DNA of 64,000 nucleotides from an uncultured Actinomycetota bacterium (GTDB lineage Bacteria; Actinomycetota; UBA4738; HRBIN12). The stretch spans positions 333,104-397,103 of the forward strand of contig CAWIUW010000015.1 of assembly GCA_963839395.1 (NCBI GenBank), written 5' to 3'. The notes beneath the pieces are model-generated. The model worked only from the letters and a program-made list of their open reading frames with translations. It was not told where the DNA came from and searched no databases. Each line of letters opens with the position of its first letter. Position 1 is the first letter of the stretch. The position numbers and the translations under genes were made by a program. Positions 20,051 through 29,233 of this stretch are shown here, in pieces.

Positions 20051-20545
20051 GTGGAGAGGCCGCAGGTCGGCGTGATCATGGGCTCCCGCTCCGACTGGGA
20101 GACGATGAAGCACTGCTGCGACACCCTCGAGGACCTCGGGGTGCGCTTCGAGACGAAGGTCGTGTCGGCTCACCGCACGCCCGAGCTCATGGTCGAGTAC
20201 GCGACGTCGGCCGCGGACCGCGGCTTGCGCGTGATCGTCGCGGGGGCGGGTGGCGCAGCGCACCTCCCCGGGATGACCGCGGCGAACACCCACCTTCCCG
20301 TCCTCGGCGTCCCGATCGAGTCGAAGGCGCTGAAGGGGATGGACTCGCTCCTGTCGATCGTGCAGATGCCGGCGGGCGTGCCGGTCGGCACGCTCGCGAT
20401 CGGCGTGAGCGGGGCGGTGAACGCGGGACTGCTCGCCGCCGAGATCGTCGCGCTCGCGGACGAGCACGTCCGCGAGCAGCTCCTGAAGTTCCGTGAGGTC
20501 CAGACGGAGAGCGTGGTAGCCCATCCCGATCCCGACGAGCGGTGA
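20051..20545 (+). CDS. purE: N5-carboxyaminoimidazole ribonucleotide mutase
   Basis: [25 protein letters not shown], a canonical PurE. Confidence 0.9.
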   Translation: MERPQVGVIMGSRSDWETMKHCCDTLEDLGVRFETKVVSAHRTPELMVEYATSAADRGLRVIVAGAGGAAHLPGMTAANTHLPVLGVPIESKALKGMDSLLSIVQMPAGVPVGTLAIGVSGAVNAGLLAAEIVALADEHVREQLLKFREVQTESVVAHPDPDER

Positions 20546-21642
20546 CGCTCGTCGGGATCGTTGGCGGCGGCCAGCTCGGCATGATGCTGGCCGAGGCGGG
20601 AGCCCGCATCGGGATCGAGTGCCTCACGTTGGATCCCGCGCCGGACTCGCCGGCGTCCCGCGTCGCTCCGGCGATCGTGGGTACCTACGACGACGAGGGC
20701 GCTCTGGCCGAGCTTGCCGCCGCCGCAGACGTCGTCACCTACGAGTTCGAGAACGTCCCGGTCGCGTCGGCGCGATTCCTCGCGGAGCGAGTCGACGTGT
20801 TCCCGCCGCCCGAGTCATTGGAGTTCGCCCAGGACCGGGTGCTCGAGAAGACCTTGTTCGAAGCGGTCGGCCTGGCCGTGGCCCCGTTCTCGGCCGTGTC
20901 CTCCCGCGATGAACTGGCCGAAGCGCTCGAGGTGATCGGCGTGCCGAGCGTGCTGAAGACCCGGCGACTCGGCTACGACGGGAAGGGGCAGGCCCGCTTG
21001 GCGAGCGTGGACGTGGCGGATGATGCATGGCTCGCCGTCGGGGAGGTGCCCTCGATCCTCGAGTCGTTCGTGCCCTTCGAACGCGAACTGTCGATCCTCG
21101 GGGTGCGCGGCCGCGACGGTCGTGCGGCGTTCTATCCACTCGTTGAGAACGTCCATCGCGATGGGATCCTCCGCGTCTCCACCGCGCCGGCCCTCGGGGT
21201 GACCGCGGAGCTCCAGGCCACGGCGGAGCGCTACGCGCTCGCGGTGATGGAGCGGCTCGGCCACGTCGGCGTCCTCGCGATCGAGCTGTTCCAGGTGGGG
21301 GAGGACCTCTTCGGCAACGAGATGGCCCCCCGCGTCCACAACTCCGGTCACTGGACGATCGAGGGCGCGGCGACGTCCCAGTTCGAGAACCATCTGCGGG
21401 CGATCTGCGGGATCGAGCTCGGTCCGACGTCCCTTTCGGCCTACAGCGGCATGGTGAACATCATCGGCTGGGTCCCGCCGGAGAGCTCGTTCGAGCTCGG
21501 ACCCCAGGTTCACCTTCACCTGTACGGCAAGGAATCTCGCCCGGGACGCAAGCTGGGACACGTTACCGTCATCGGACCCGACGCGGATACCCGTGATCGG
21601 GTATTAGGGAGGGTCACCCGAACGGCCGACAACCATTCATAG
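20542..21642 (+). CDS. purK: N5-carboxyaminoimidazole ribonucleotide synthase
   Basis: ATP-grasp fold. The GTGA overlap with purE is typical of the purEK operon. Confidence 0.9.
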   Translation: MTLVGIVGGGQLGMMLAEAGARIGIECLTLDPAPDSPASRVAPAIVGTYDDEGALAELAAAADVVTYEFENVPVASARFLAERVDVFPPPESLEFAQDRVLEKTLFEAVGLAVAPFSAVSSRDELAEALEVIGVPSVLKTRRLGYDGKGQARLASVDVADDAWLAVGEVPSILESFVPFERELSILGVRGRDGRAAFYPLVENVHRDGILRVSTAPALGVTAELQATAERYALAVMERLGHVGVLAIELFQVGEDLFGNEMAPRVHNSGHWTIEGAATSQFENHLRAICGIELGPTSLSAYSGMVNIIGWVPPESSFELGPQVHLHLYGKESRPGRKLGHVTVIGPDADTRDRVLGRVTRTADNHS

Positions 21643-21912
21643 ATGGCATACCTCACCTGCCCCGACTGCCGGATGCCCTCCCCAGTGGAGGACAGCGCGA
21701 TCTCCTACCGCTGCTTCTCGTGTGCGGCGGACATCAGGTTCGAGGCGTGCCACAAGTGCGAGTACCCACAGGCGATCCCCTCGCGCTGGTTCGGCGCCTT
21801 CACGTGCGGCAAGTGCGAGACGAAGGTGGACATCCCACGGCAGCGTCTCTACAGCACCTCGGTCAAGGCTCGCTTCGTGAAGGGCTACGGCCACACGTAT
21901 CCGCGCTTCTAG
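21643..21912 (+). CDS. small double zinc-ribbon protein (four CxxC pairs), hypothetical
   Basis: 89 aa. CPDC..CFSC..CHKC..CGKC. Good GC3 codon bias. The ATG lies directly after the purK stop. Confidence 0.55.
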   Translation: MAYLTCPDCRMPSPVEDSAISYRCFSCAADIRFEACHKCEYPQAIPSRWFGAFTCGKCETKVDIPRQRLYSTSVKARFVKGYGHTYPRF

Positions 21913-21924
21913 TGCGCCGACGCC

Positions 21925-22107
21925 TCAGCTCTTGGCGGGCTTGCCGGCTCGCTCGCCGTCGCTTCCGCCGGGCGCGGGCTTCGGGCAGACCTGATGTTTC
22001 GCCCTCTGGTCCGCACTGGACCAGAGGATGCGATCGCCCGGCCTGATGTCCCCGCCACACCGCAAGCACTTGGTCGCGTAGCTCGCCGTGCGTTGAAAGA
22101 CCGCCAC
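21925..22107 (-). CDS. small Cys-containing protein (CLRCGG..HQVC), hypothetical
   Basis: 60 aa. A GTG start sits 5 nt downstream of AAGGGGGA. In tandem downstream of the Lys-rich gene. Confidence 0.35.
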   Translation of the reverse strand: MAVFQRTASYATKCLRCGGDIRPGDRILWSSADQRAKHQVCPKPAPGGSDGERAGKPAKS

Positions 22108-22187
22108 CGGTTCCCCCTTCGCGCTCAGCCTATCGTCATCGGGTCGCCGACGGGTGAGCGTCCTGCGGATCGAAGGAGCGGCACGGG

Positions 22188-22493
22188 CTACTTGCCGTTC
22201 GCCTTCCCGGTCCTCTCGGAGACGGCCTTCACTGCCTCCTTGGAGACGGTCTTCACCGCCGCGGTCACGGCCTTCGCGGCTGTCTTCGTCGCCGTCTTCG
22301 TCTCTCCCTCTTTCTCCACGACGTCGAGGATCTTCTTCAGCTTGCTGTGCGCCTTCTTCCCGGTCTGCCCGGTCTTCGCGCTGACGACGATCGGCGGGAG
22401 ATCGGCACCGTCGAAGACGAGCGTGATGTCGTTGGAGTTCTCGACGATCTGGACCTGGAAGCGCGCGGTCCGTTTACCTGCCTTCTTCTTCAT
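22188..22493 (-). CDS. small basic protein with Lys/Ala-rich (histone H1/Hlp-like) C-terminal tail, hypothetical nucleoid-associated protein
   Basis: AGGAGG RBS 6 nt upstream of ATG. Excellent codon bias. The tail is TKTATKTAAKAVTAAVKTVSKEAVKAVSERTGKANGK. Confidence 0.7.
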   Translation of the reverse strand: MKKKAGKRTARFQVQIVENSNDITLVFDGADLPPIVVSAKTGQTGKKAHSKLKKILDVVEKEGETKTATKTAAKAVTAAVKTVSKEAVKAVSERTGKANGK

Positions 22494-22582
22494 CTGCAGC
22501 CTCCTCTGATCCTCAACCTAGTCACTTGAGCGCCGCTCGTCAGAGATCTCGCTCGGTCAGCTACTTCAGGGCGCTCGTCACG

Positions 22583-22655
22583 CGCGCCGGGCAGGATTCG
22601 AACCTGCGACCTGAGGATTAGAAGTCCCCTGCTCTATCCCCTGAGCTACCGGCGC
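22583..22655 (-). tRNA. tRNA-Arg (anticodon UCU)
   Basis: GCGCCGGTAGCTCAGGGGATAGAGCAGGGGACTTCTAATCCTCAGGTCGCAGGTTCGAATCCTGCCCGGCGCG. Confidence 0.9.
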
Positions 22656-22709
22656 CGACGTCAAGCGTACGCGGAGCGAGCGGGTCTGGGTTAGATGAGC
22701 TGGGAGAAC

Positions 22710-23024
22710 CTAGGAGGCGTAGCCCGCCTTCTGTCGCACGAGCTCCTGGAGTCCGATCACGCTCGGAGACTCGATCCTCTCGGCATCCCGAAGGAGTGCC
22801 CGAAGGGACCCGAACCGTGTCCTCGCCCCGACCCTCGCCGAGTTGGTCAATTGTCTGACCTGGTCGAGTCGAACGACGGCCATGTCACCTCGCTGTTCGA
22901 TCTCGATCGAGCCAACGTCCGACCAATGTTCGATCGTCGCGACATCCACGTCGACCAATCGAGCAGCTGCCTCGACCGTCACCGACGCGTACTTGCCCAA
23001 GGTTCGTTCGAATCCATCCGTCAT
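22710..23024 (-). CDS. excisionase/MerR-superfamily helix-turn-helix DNA-binding protein
   Basis: VTVEAAARLVDVDVATIEHWSDVGSIEIEQRGDMAVVRLDQV fits the excisionase-family HTH pattern. Codon usage is slightly less GC3-biased than its neighbours. Confidence 0.5.
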   Translation of the reverse strand: MTDGFERTLGKYASVTVEAAARLVDVDVATIEHWSDVGSIEIEQRGDMAVVRLDQVRQLTNSARVGARTRFGSLRALLRDAERIESPSVIGLQELVRQKAGYAS

Positions 23025-23325
23025 GGCCGAACCATAGGGCAGGGGCGACCGGCACCACATCGGCCTTCGGGTCATCCTTCCCACCCGCCGGATGCCAGCG
23101 CGGGTAGCTCAACGTGGCCATGCCCGGACGGGGAAACGCAGCGCGTCGTGCGATGACGGGGTCGAAAAGCGGGTGACGGGGATCGGAATCCGCATCACCA
23201 GTTTGGACGGTGAGCCCATGCGACATCCTCGGCTGACCGCTCGGACGATGGCTCATCAGCGAGGTGTACAGTCCCGGCCGTGCGCGAGAGCTACGGCACG
23301 AAGTTGGACCGGCGGGGTCGTTGCC

Positions 23326-23961
23326 GTGAGCGATGAGCAGTTCCTCAACAGCTATCACAACGCGAGTACGCCTCCATCACCGGACGTGCCCGCCGACCTG
23401 GCGAACTTCATGCTCGCCGCGGATCCGGTCCTCGCGCAGGCGGCCGAACTTGCGAGGGTGATCACCCGTTCGCATCAGGGCGCCGCGACACACCTGATCG
23501 GCGAAGGGTGGGCGCACGCTCGGAAGTACTTCTCGCTCTCGGAGAAGTACGCCTCGTGGGCCGACTATCACTCGCCTGCGAAAGGTGTCGGGATCCACGC
23601 ATACGCCCACAAGGTGGACCGGCCGCTGCGACTGACGGATGAAGAGCTGCGGGCGCATCCCGAGTGGCGAAACTTCGGCGACGAGGTCGACGATCATCCC
23701 CCGATGCGGGGCTGGTTGGCGGTCCCGCTGATCGGAGCCGACGGCGAGAACTACGGCTTCATCCAGGCATCCGACCGGCTGGATGGGGACTTCACCGAAC
23801 AAGACGAAGCCAACCTCGCGAGGCTGGCGACCCTCACTGCAACCGCGCTCGACGCGTTGGCCCAGGTCCACCTACCGGAGTACCGGGCGAAGATCGCTTC
23901 TGCGCCTCCGAACGATCCGAACCTCGGCAAGGGGGAGCGAGGCCGCATCCGGGCTGGATGA
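23326..23961 (+). CDS. GAF-domain protein
   Basis: GWLAVPLIGADGENYGFIQASDRLDGDFTEQDEANLARLA. GTG start at 23326. Confidence 0.6.
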   Translation: MSDEQFLNSYHNASTPPSPDVPADLANFMLAADPVLAQAAELARVITRSHQGAATHLIGEGWAHARKYFSLSEKYASWADYHSPAKGVGIHAYAHKVDRPLRLTDEELRAHPEWRNFGDEVDDHPPMRGWLAVPLIGADGENYGFIQASDRLDGDFTEQDEANLARLATLTATALDALAQVHLPEYRAKIASAPPNDPNLGKGERGRIRAG

Positions 23962-24054
23962 GACTGGGAAACGGGGCGGATCGACGGGAACCGATGGCAA
24001 TGGTGAGCCCAGCCAAAGGGAGCCGTGACCCGCGGAGATGGCGCTGACGTGAAG

Positions 24055-24128
<74 letters not shown>

Positions 24129-24172
24129 CATCGCAGCCTAGCAAGGCTCCCGTCGCAGTTCGGGCCGGCAGG

Positions 24173-24601
24173 TCAGGGAGCCAGCCACGAGAAGGGCTCG
24201 CCGGGCACGTTCCGCAGGACCCAGAACAGTCCGAACGCGACCCCGATCGCCCAGCTAGCCCACCGAGGGGCGCTCCGGACATGGGGAGGATGCCGCCCAC
24301 CGATCCCCGCGAGGCCCACCGACAGCCACGCGGCGACCAGCATCGGGACGAAGAGCACCGTCATCAGGTTGAAGTCGATGGCGGATCGAAGGTCGGCGTG
24401 CAGCAAGGCATGGAGACACCTCAGCGTGCCGCACCCGGGGCAGTACAGGCCGGTCGCCGCGTAGAAAGGACAGACGGGGAAGGCCGTCGCTTCGCTGGGA
24501 TCGACCACGTGGAGCACGACGGCGAACGCGAGGCCGCCGACGAAGAGCGTCGCGTCTCGAACACGAGAGGGTGCGAGCGCGGATAGACCTCCGGGATCCA
24601 T
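24173..24601 (-). CDS. DUF2752-family membrane protein
   Basis: CPFYAATGLYCPGCGTLRC motif plus hydrophobic helices. AGGAG RBS 7 nt upstream. Confidence 0.7.
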   Translation of the reverse strand: MDPGGLSALAPSRVRDATLFVGGLAFAVVLHVVDPSEATAFPVCPFYAATGLYCPGCGTLRCLHALLHADLRSAIDFNLMTVLFVPMLVAAWLSVGLAGIGGRHPPHVRSAPRWASWAIGVAFGLFWVLRNVPGEPFSWLAP

Positions 24602-24609
24602 GCCGGCTC

Positions 24610-25062
24610 CTACGTGAACGTTGGGGAGCTGTTCGTCCCGACGGATCCAGCGACCACGGCGATCCCGACGAGGATCCCGCCCACCGCGCTGATGATGCAC
24701 CACATCTTGGCCTTGCCGGAGGAATCCATCGCGCCGGCGACGTCGCCCACCGCGAGCTTGTTGCTGACCTGCGTCGCGTAGACGATCGCGACGATGCCCG
24801 TCGGGAGGAAACAGAGGAGCGTCACGAGGATCGCCCACACGAGGTAGGTCGGAACGGAAGCAGCAGGGGTCGCCGGCGTCCGTGGGAAGGGAGTGGCGAG
24901 TCCCTGACCGGGCATCGGAGGAGCGGGAGGGAGCCCGGACTCATCGGCCGGTGGTGGGTTCTGCGATCGCTCCCAGGTCTGACCGATGTCGTTCCAACGG
25001 AGCCACGTCCCATCGGGCTGTTGCTGCCACCAGAGGCCGTTCCTGAAGACCGGTTCGCTCAC
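24610..25062 (-). CDS. CD225/dispanin (IFITM-like) family membrane protein with Pro-rich N-terminus
   Basis: LVWAILVTLLCFLPTGIVAIVYATQVSNKLAVGDVAGAMDSSGKAKMWCIISAVGGIL. GGAGGAAGGAG RBS upstream of the GTG at 25062. Confidence 0.7.
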   Translation of the reverse strand: MSEPVFRNGLWWQQQPDGTWLRWNDIGQTWERSQNPPPADESGLPPAPPMPGQGLATPFPRTPATPAASVPTYLVWAILVTLLCFLPTGIVAIVYATQVSNKLAVGDVAGAMDSSGKAKMWCIISAVGGILVGIAVVAGSVGTNSSPTFT

Positions 25063-25167
25063 GAAGCGCTCCTTCCTCCCTTCATGCGTGGGATGCGGAC
25101 TGGCTGACCGTACACCCCGGGTGGAGCTCATCCGCGAGCTCGAGGACGAGACTGCGATACTCCGCCG

Positions 25168-26040
25168 ATGGAGGTCGGGTTCCGGCTCGTCGACGCGTTC
25201 ACGGAGACACCGTTCCAGGGCAATCGGTTGTGCGTGGTGCCGGAGACGCCTGATGGATTCTCCACCGAGCAGATGCGGATGCTCGCCCTCGAGACGAACT
25301 TCTCCGAGACCACATTCGTGACCGAAGCGCGTCCCGACGGGTACCGGATGCGGATCTTCACGCCGGACGCCGAGCTTCCGTTCGCCGGGCATCCGACGAT
25401 CGGGACCGCGTTCACGCTCGCGAGCGAGGGGAGAACGTCGCCGGACACCGTGCAGACGACCGCGCTCGGCGAGGTGCCGGTGGAAGTGGACCTTCAGCGG
25501 AGCTTCGCGTGGATGACGCAGCAGCGCCCCGTCCTCGGGCCTGAGTTCGCCGACCGCCGCGTGGTGGCGGACGCGGCGGGGCTCGAGGCGGACGACCTCG
25601 ATCCCGAATTGCCGATGCAGGTCATCACGACCGGACTCGCGCCGTTGCTCGTGCCGATCCGAGATGAGGAGACGCTTCGGCGAGCCGAGCGATACGAGCC
25701 CGCGTGCCGGCGGGCGACCGCCGCATCCGGAGGAGAATGTCTCTACCTGTTCACCGTTCGGAGCGATGGCGACGTCATGGCCAGGATGTTCGATGCGAGT
25801 TTCGGCGTCGGCGAGGATCCCGCCACCGGCTCCGCCGCGGGTCCGCTCGGCGTCTACCTCGCATCCCGCGGCCTCGCCGGCATGCCGGGGGACGCGATCG
25901 TCGCCCAAGGGGAGATGGTGGGCCGGCCGAGCTTCCTGCACCTGGACGTCAGGCCCGACGGCGACTCGTGGAGCGTTCGCGTCGGCGGGGGCGTGCAGAT
26001 CGTGGGCGAAGGCGTGTTCCGCGTCGCCGACGAGACCTAG
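25168..26040 (+). CDS. PhzF-family phenazine-biosynthesis-like isomerase
   Basis: 290 aa, typical PhzF/DAP-epimerase-like fold signatures (FTETPFQGNRLCVV, FAGHPTIGTA). Confidence 0.8.
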   Translation: MEVGFRLVDAFTETPFQGNRLCVVPETPDGFSTEQMRMLALETNFSETTFVTEARPDGYRMRIFTPDAELPFAGHPTIGTAFTLASEGRTSPDTVQTTALGEVPVEVDLQRSFAWMTQQRPVLGPEFADRRVVADAAGLEADDLDPELPMQVITTGLAPLLVPIRDEETLRRAERYEPACRRATAASGGECLYLFTVRSDGDVMARMFDASFGVGEDPATGSAAGPLGVYLASRGLAGMPGDAIVAQGEMVGRPSFLHLDVRPDGDSWSVRVGGGVQIVGEGVFRVADET

Positions 26041-26435
26041 ACCGCCATGCACATCAGGATCGGCTCGGTCACCGTGTCCGTGTCGCCCTGGTCGACCTTG
26101 ACGGTGAGCTGTTCGGCGATCCCGGGCTCGAAGGGAGCCGAGCTCGCGTAGACCGGCGTTTCATTGAGGAAGGTCGCGCGCCCGGCGCCCGCCGTCACGT
26201 TGCACTCCACGAGCGAAGGCTGGTTGCCGAGGTTCGTGACCGTGAAGGTGAAGCACGCGGGGGTCCCCTCACCGACCGGGCAATCGATCCCCTCGGCCTC
26301 GCCTACGTCGAAGCGGGGTGGCGTGTCGCCCCGGAGCTGCAGGGCGACCAGGATCGCGAACGCCGCGAGGGCGAGGAGGAGGAGGAGGGACAGGACGTAG
26401 CTCGAAAGGTTCCGCGTCCCCGGCCGCGCGCCCAT
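26037..26435 (-). CDS. secreted/membrane-anchored hypothetical protein
   Basis: N-terminal signal/anchor LSSYVLSLLLLLALAAFAILVAL. Good codon bias. Confidence 0.5.
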   Translation of the reverse strand: MGARPGTRNLSSYVLSLLLLLALAAFAILVALQLRGDTPPRFDVGEAEGIDCPVGEGTPACFTFTVTNLGNQPSLVECNVTAGAGRATFLNETPVYASSAPFEPGIAEQLTVKVDQGDTDTVTEPILMCMAV

Positions 26436-26472
26436 GGGACCACGGTACCCGGACGTAGAATCCCGTTACAAG

Positions 26473-26546
26473 CGGGGCGTAGCGCAGCCTGGCAGCGCAC
26501 GTGCTTTGGGAGCACGAGGTCGCGGGTTCGAATCCCGCCGCCCCGA
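26473..26546 (+). tRNA. tRNA-Pro (anticodon UGG)
   Basis: CGGGGCGTAGCGCAGCCTGGCAGCGCACGTGCTTTGGGAGCACGAGGTCGCGGGTTCGAATCCCGCCGCCCCGA. Confidence 0.9.
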
Positions 26547-26549
26547 CCG

Positions 26550-27680
26550 CTATCGGTTCGGTCCTCGCCCGTACTTCGTCATGATCTCCAGTAGCCGGTC
26601 ATGGGGGAGCGCGTGGGCGGTGATGCCGTCGCGGCCGACCATCGTGTCGGCCGCGACGAGCGCGTTCAGGATCGCCTCCTCGGTGGATTCGATCGCGCCC
26701 CAGAACAGGGGCGTGATCGATGCGTCCGGGACCATGTCGACCGCGAGCGGTCCCTCCGGGTTCGCCGTCTTGTCGCTCTTCATCCGACCGGCGTTCGCCG
26801 TGGAGAACGAAAGGAAGATGTCCCCGCTCGAGTTGCCACCTCCGCCGCCGACCCGAGCGATGCCGAGGGCGACGCGCTGTGCCATGCGATCGAGCTGATG
26901 CGGGAGGAGCGGCGCGTCGGTGGCCAGGATCACGATGATGGATCCCTCGGCCGCCTTGCCGAGCTCCTCCTCCTGGTCCCACGCCGAGGGCAACTCGTCG
27001 GTCGGGATCTCCTCGCCGACGTGGACGCCGTCCACCATGAGCCGCGCCCGGTCGCCGTGGTTGGCCTGCACGAGGACCCCGACGGTCCAACTGCGTTCCC
27101 GGCCCTCGATCACACGGGATGCGGTTCCGGTGCCTCCTTTGAAGTCGTGGCAGATCATGCCCGTGCCGCCGCCGACGCCGCCTTCGGCTACCGGTCCGCT
27201 CCTCGCCGCTTCGATCGCCTCGAAGAGATGCTCGGCGCGGACGTGCATCCCGTTGATGTCGTTGAGGGCGCCGTCGTAGGTCTCGCCCACCACCGGCAGG
27301 CTCCAGAACGCACCTGGGTGTGGCGTGTGCTCGACCTCGTACGTGACGATGGCGTCCCGCACCACCCCGACGCTGTGCGTGTTCGTGATCGCGATCGGCG
27401 TGGTGAGGCAGCCCGACTCGCGGACCCACTCCAGCCCGGTCATCTCCCCGTTGCCGTTCAGGGTGTGGGTGCCGGCGAAGAGGGGCTCGGCGCCGATCCC
27501 GGGATGCGGAACGATCGCGGTCACGCCGGTGCGGATCGGACCGGTGCCGACCTGCAGTGGTCCGTCTCCCTCGATCAGCGTCGTCATCCCGACGGTCACA
27601 CCGTCGACGTCGGTGATCGCGTTCAGCGGCCCCGGCGGCAGGAGCCCGACGCGGAGTCCCAGGTCGCGGAAACGCGTCAT
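26550..27680 (-). CDS. peptidase S58 (DmpA/L-aminopeptidase D-Ala-esterase/amidase) family
   Basis: 376 aa with Gly-rich Ntn-hydrolase composition typical of the family. Confidence 0.75.
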   Translation of the reverse strand: MTRFRDLGLRVGLLPPGPLNAITDVDGVTVGMTTLIEGDGPLQVGTGPIRTGVTAIVPHPGIGAEPLFAGTHTLNGNGEMTGLEWVRESGCLTTPIAITNTHSVGVVRDAIVTYEVEHTPHPGAFWSLPVVGETYDGALNDINGMHVRAEHLFEAIEAARSGPVAEGGVGGGTGMICHDFKGGTGTASRVIEGRERSWTVGVLVQANHGDRARLMVDGVHVGEEIPTDELPSAWDQEEELGKAAEGSIIVILATDAPLLPHQLDRMAQRVALGIARVGGGGGNSSGDIFLSFSTANAGRMKSDKTANPEGPLAVDMVPDASITPLFWGAIESTEEAILNALVAADTMVGRDGITAHALPHDRLLEIMTKYGRGPNR

Positions 27681-27690
27681 CGCGCGAACC

Positions 27691-27999
27691 CTACAGGAGG
27701 GCTCGCGCGACGGCGGTGACCGTCGCGGCGACGACCACGACGACGAGTGGCGGAGCCTTGAAGCCGACGGCGACGCCTCCGGCCGCCACCCCCAGCGCGC
27801 GCTCGTCGAGGACGAGCGCGCGCCCGTCGGCGAACGTGCTGGTCGCCACCAGGGCGGCGAGCAGCGCCGGTGCGAGGAGGACGATCACCCTGTCGAGCTT
27901 CGGAGGTAGCGGTCGACCTCCCAGCAGCACCGGCCCCGCGCCCTTGATCGCGATCGTCGCCGTTCCGACGAGCACCACGACCCACCACGCTTCGCTCAT
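27691..27999 (-). CDS. azlD: branched-chain amino acid transport protein AzlD
   Basis: 102-aa hydrophobic protein. 4-bp overlap with upstream azlC. Confidence 0.75.
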   Translation of the reverse strand: MSEAWWVVVLVGTATIAIKGAGPVLLGGRPLPPKLDRVIVLLAPALLAALVATSTFADGRALVLDERALGVAAGGVAVGFKAPPLVVVVVAATVTAVARALL

Positions 28000-28715
28000 G
28001 CTCGCCGCCACCCGATCAGGCACGCGAGTCCTGCCGCGATGATCGGCACGCCCGCCGGCGCGACCGGCGTGAGCGCCAGCGCGATGGCGGCGCCGAGCAA
28101 CGCCGCGGTCTTCGCACGTGGGCGATCCAGGTTGGGCCACAGGAGCGCCAGGAACAGCGCCGGGAAGGCCGCGTCCAGTCCGAGCCTGGTGGGGTCCCCG
28201 ATCAGGTCGCCGAAGAGCACGCCGACCGCGGTGCCGCCGACCCATGCCGCGTAGAGCACGAGTCCGCCACCGACGATGATCTTGGGGTCGTGGCCCCCGC
28301 GACCGTCTGCCGAGAGTGCCCACGTCTCGTCGACGACGAGCTGGGCGCGGAGGAACCGTGACCACCATGGTCCGGTGAGGGACGGCGCCACGCTCAGGCC
28401 GATCGGGGCGTAGCGCGCGTTCAGCAGGACGGCGGCGACCACGGCGGCCGCCAGCGTGCCGCCGGTGCTGAGGATCGAGGCGGAGGCGAACTGCGCCGAG
28501 CCCGCGAACGTCGTCGCGGACATCACGATCGGCGCGATCGCCCCCATCGTCGGGCGGGCGAGGACCCCGAAGGAGATCCCGAAGCCCAGGACCGCGATCG
28601 AGAAGGGCGCAACCTTCCGGGCACCGTGGGCGAAGCTGTAGGAGCCGCCGGGCTCGTCCATGGGTTGGCGGACCCTAACAGCGACCCGACCGTAGGCTGC
28701 GTCCTTGATGGACAT
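27996..28715 (-). CDS. azlC: branched-chain amino acid permease AzlC
   Basis: Multi-TM AzlC-type sequence. GAGGAGGA RBS upstream of the ATG at 28715. Confidence 0.8.
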   Translation of the reverse strand: MSIKDAAYGRVAVRVRQPMDEPGGSYSFAHGARKVAPFSIAVLGFGISFGVLARPTMGAIAPIVMSATTFAGSAQFASASILSTGGTLAAAVVAAVLLNARYAPIGLSVAPSLTGPWWSRFLRAQLVVDETWALSADGRGGHDPKIIVGGGLVLYAAWVGGTAVGVLFGDLIGDPTRLGLDAAFPALFLALLWPNLDRPRAKTAALLGAAIALALTPVAPAGVPIIAAGLACLIGWRRA

Positions 28716-29172
28716 CTCCTCCTCGGTGCCGGATCTGCCCGGCGACGTCGCGGCGCGCATGCTCGATGGCCTGCCGGAGCCGGGCGACTACTCGGTCCAC
28801 GTCAAGCCGCTCCGGTATCGCGATCGTCCACATCTGGCGGCGTGGACGGACTTCCAGGACCGTTCGATCACCCTTCAGTTGCCGCAGCCCTTCTATCCGT
28901 TCGGAGAGATCGTTCCCTACGGCGCGAAGCGGAGGAGCAGCGGGAAGGGGACACGACCCCGCTTCATCTGGCTGACCGAGGGCATCACGTTCCGCACGCA
29001 CGAGGAGGTGCTGCGGTTCTCGTATTGCCACGAATGGATGCACTGGTGGCTCAAGGAAGTGCGAGGAACCGCGTCGGCGGCCGAGACCACGTGCGACCGC
29101 TTCGCCTTGCTCAACTACCGGCGTCAGATGGTGACAGAGGCGGACGCCGTCGCGGCGCTGAGGAGAACGTAG
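28705..29172 (+). CDS. small putative zinc metallohydrolase (HEWMH = HExxH motif), family uncertain (DUF45/SprT-like?)
   Basis: 155 aa with good codon bias. YCHEWMHWWL motif. The 5' end overlaps the azlC start head-to-head. Confidence 0.5.
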   Translation: MMDISSSVPDLPGDVAARMLDGLPEPGDYSVHVKPLRYRDRPHLAAWTDFQDRSITLQLPQPFYPFGEIVPYGAKRRSSGKGTRPRFIWLTEGITFRTHEEVLRFSYCHEWMHWWLKEVRGTASAAETTCDRFALLNYRRQMVTEADAVAALRRT

Positions 29173-29233
29173 GTACACGAACGCCTCGATGCGGCCTCCG
29201 ACGCTCGTTCTCCGCTCGCCGGCGGAGGGGACT

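Noticed and set aside
24610-26052. 480-aa minus ORF spanning PhzF antisense
   Set aside because: Only the C-terminal 150 aa (CD225 protein, start at 25062 with a strong RBS) is credible. The upstream part is antisense of the PhzF gene.
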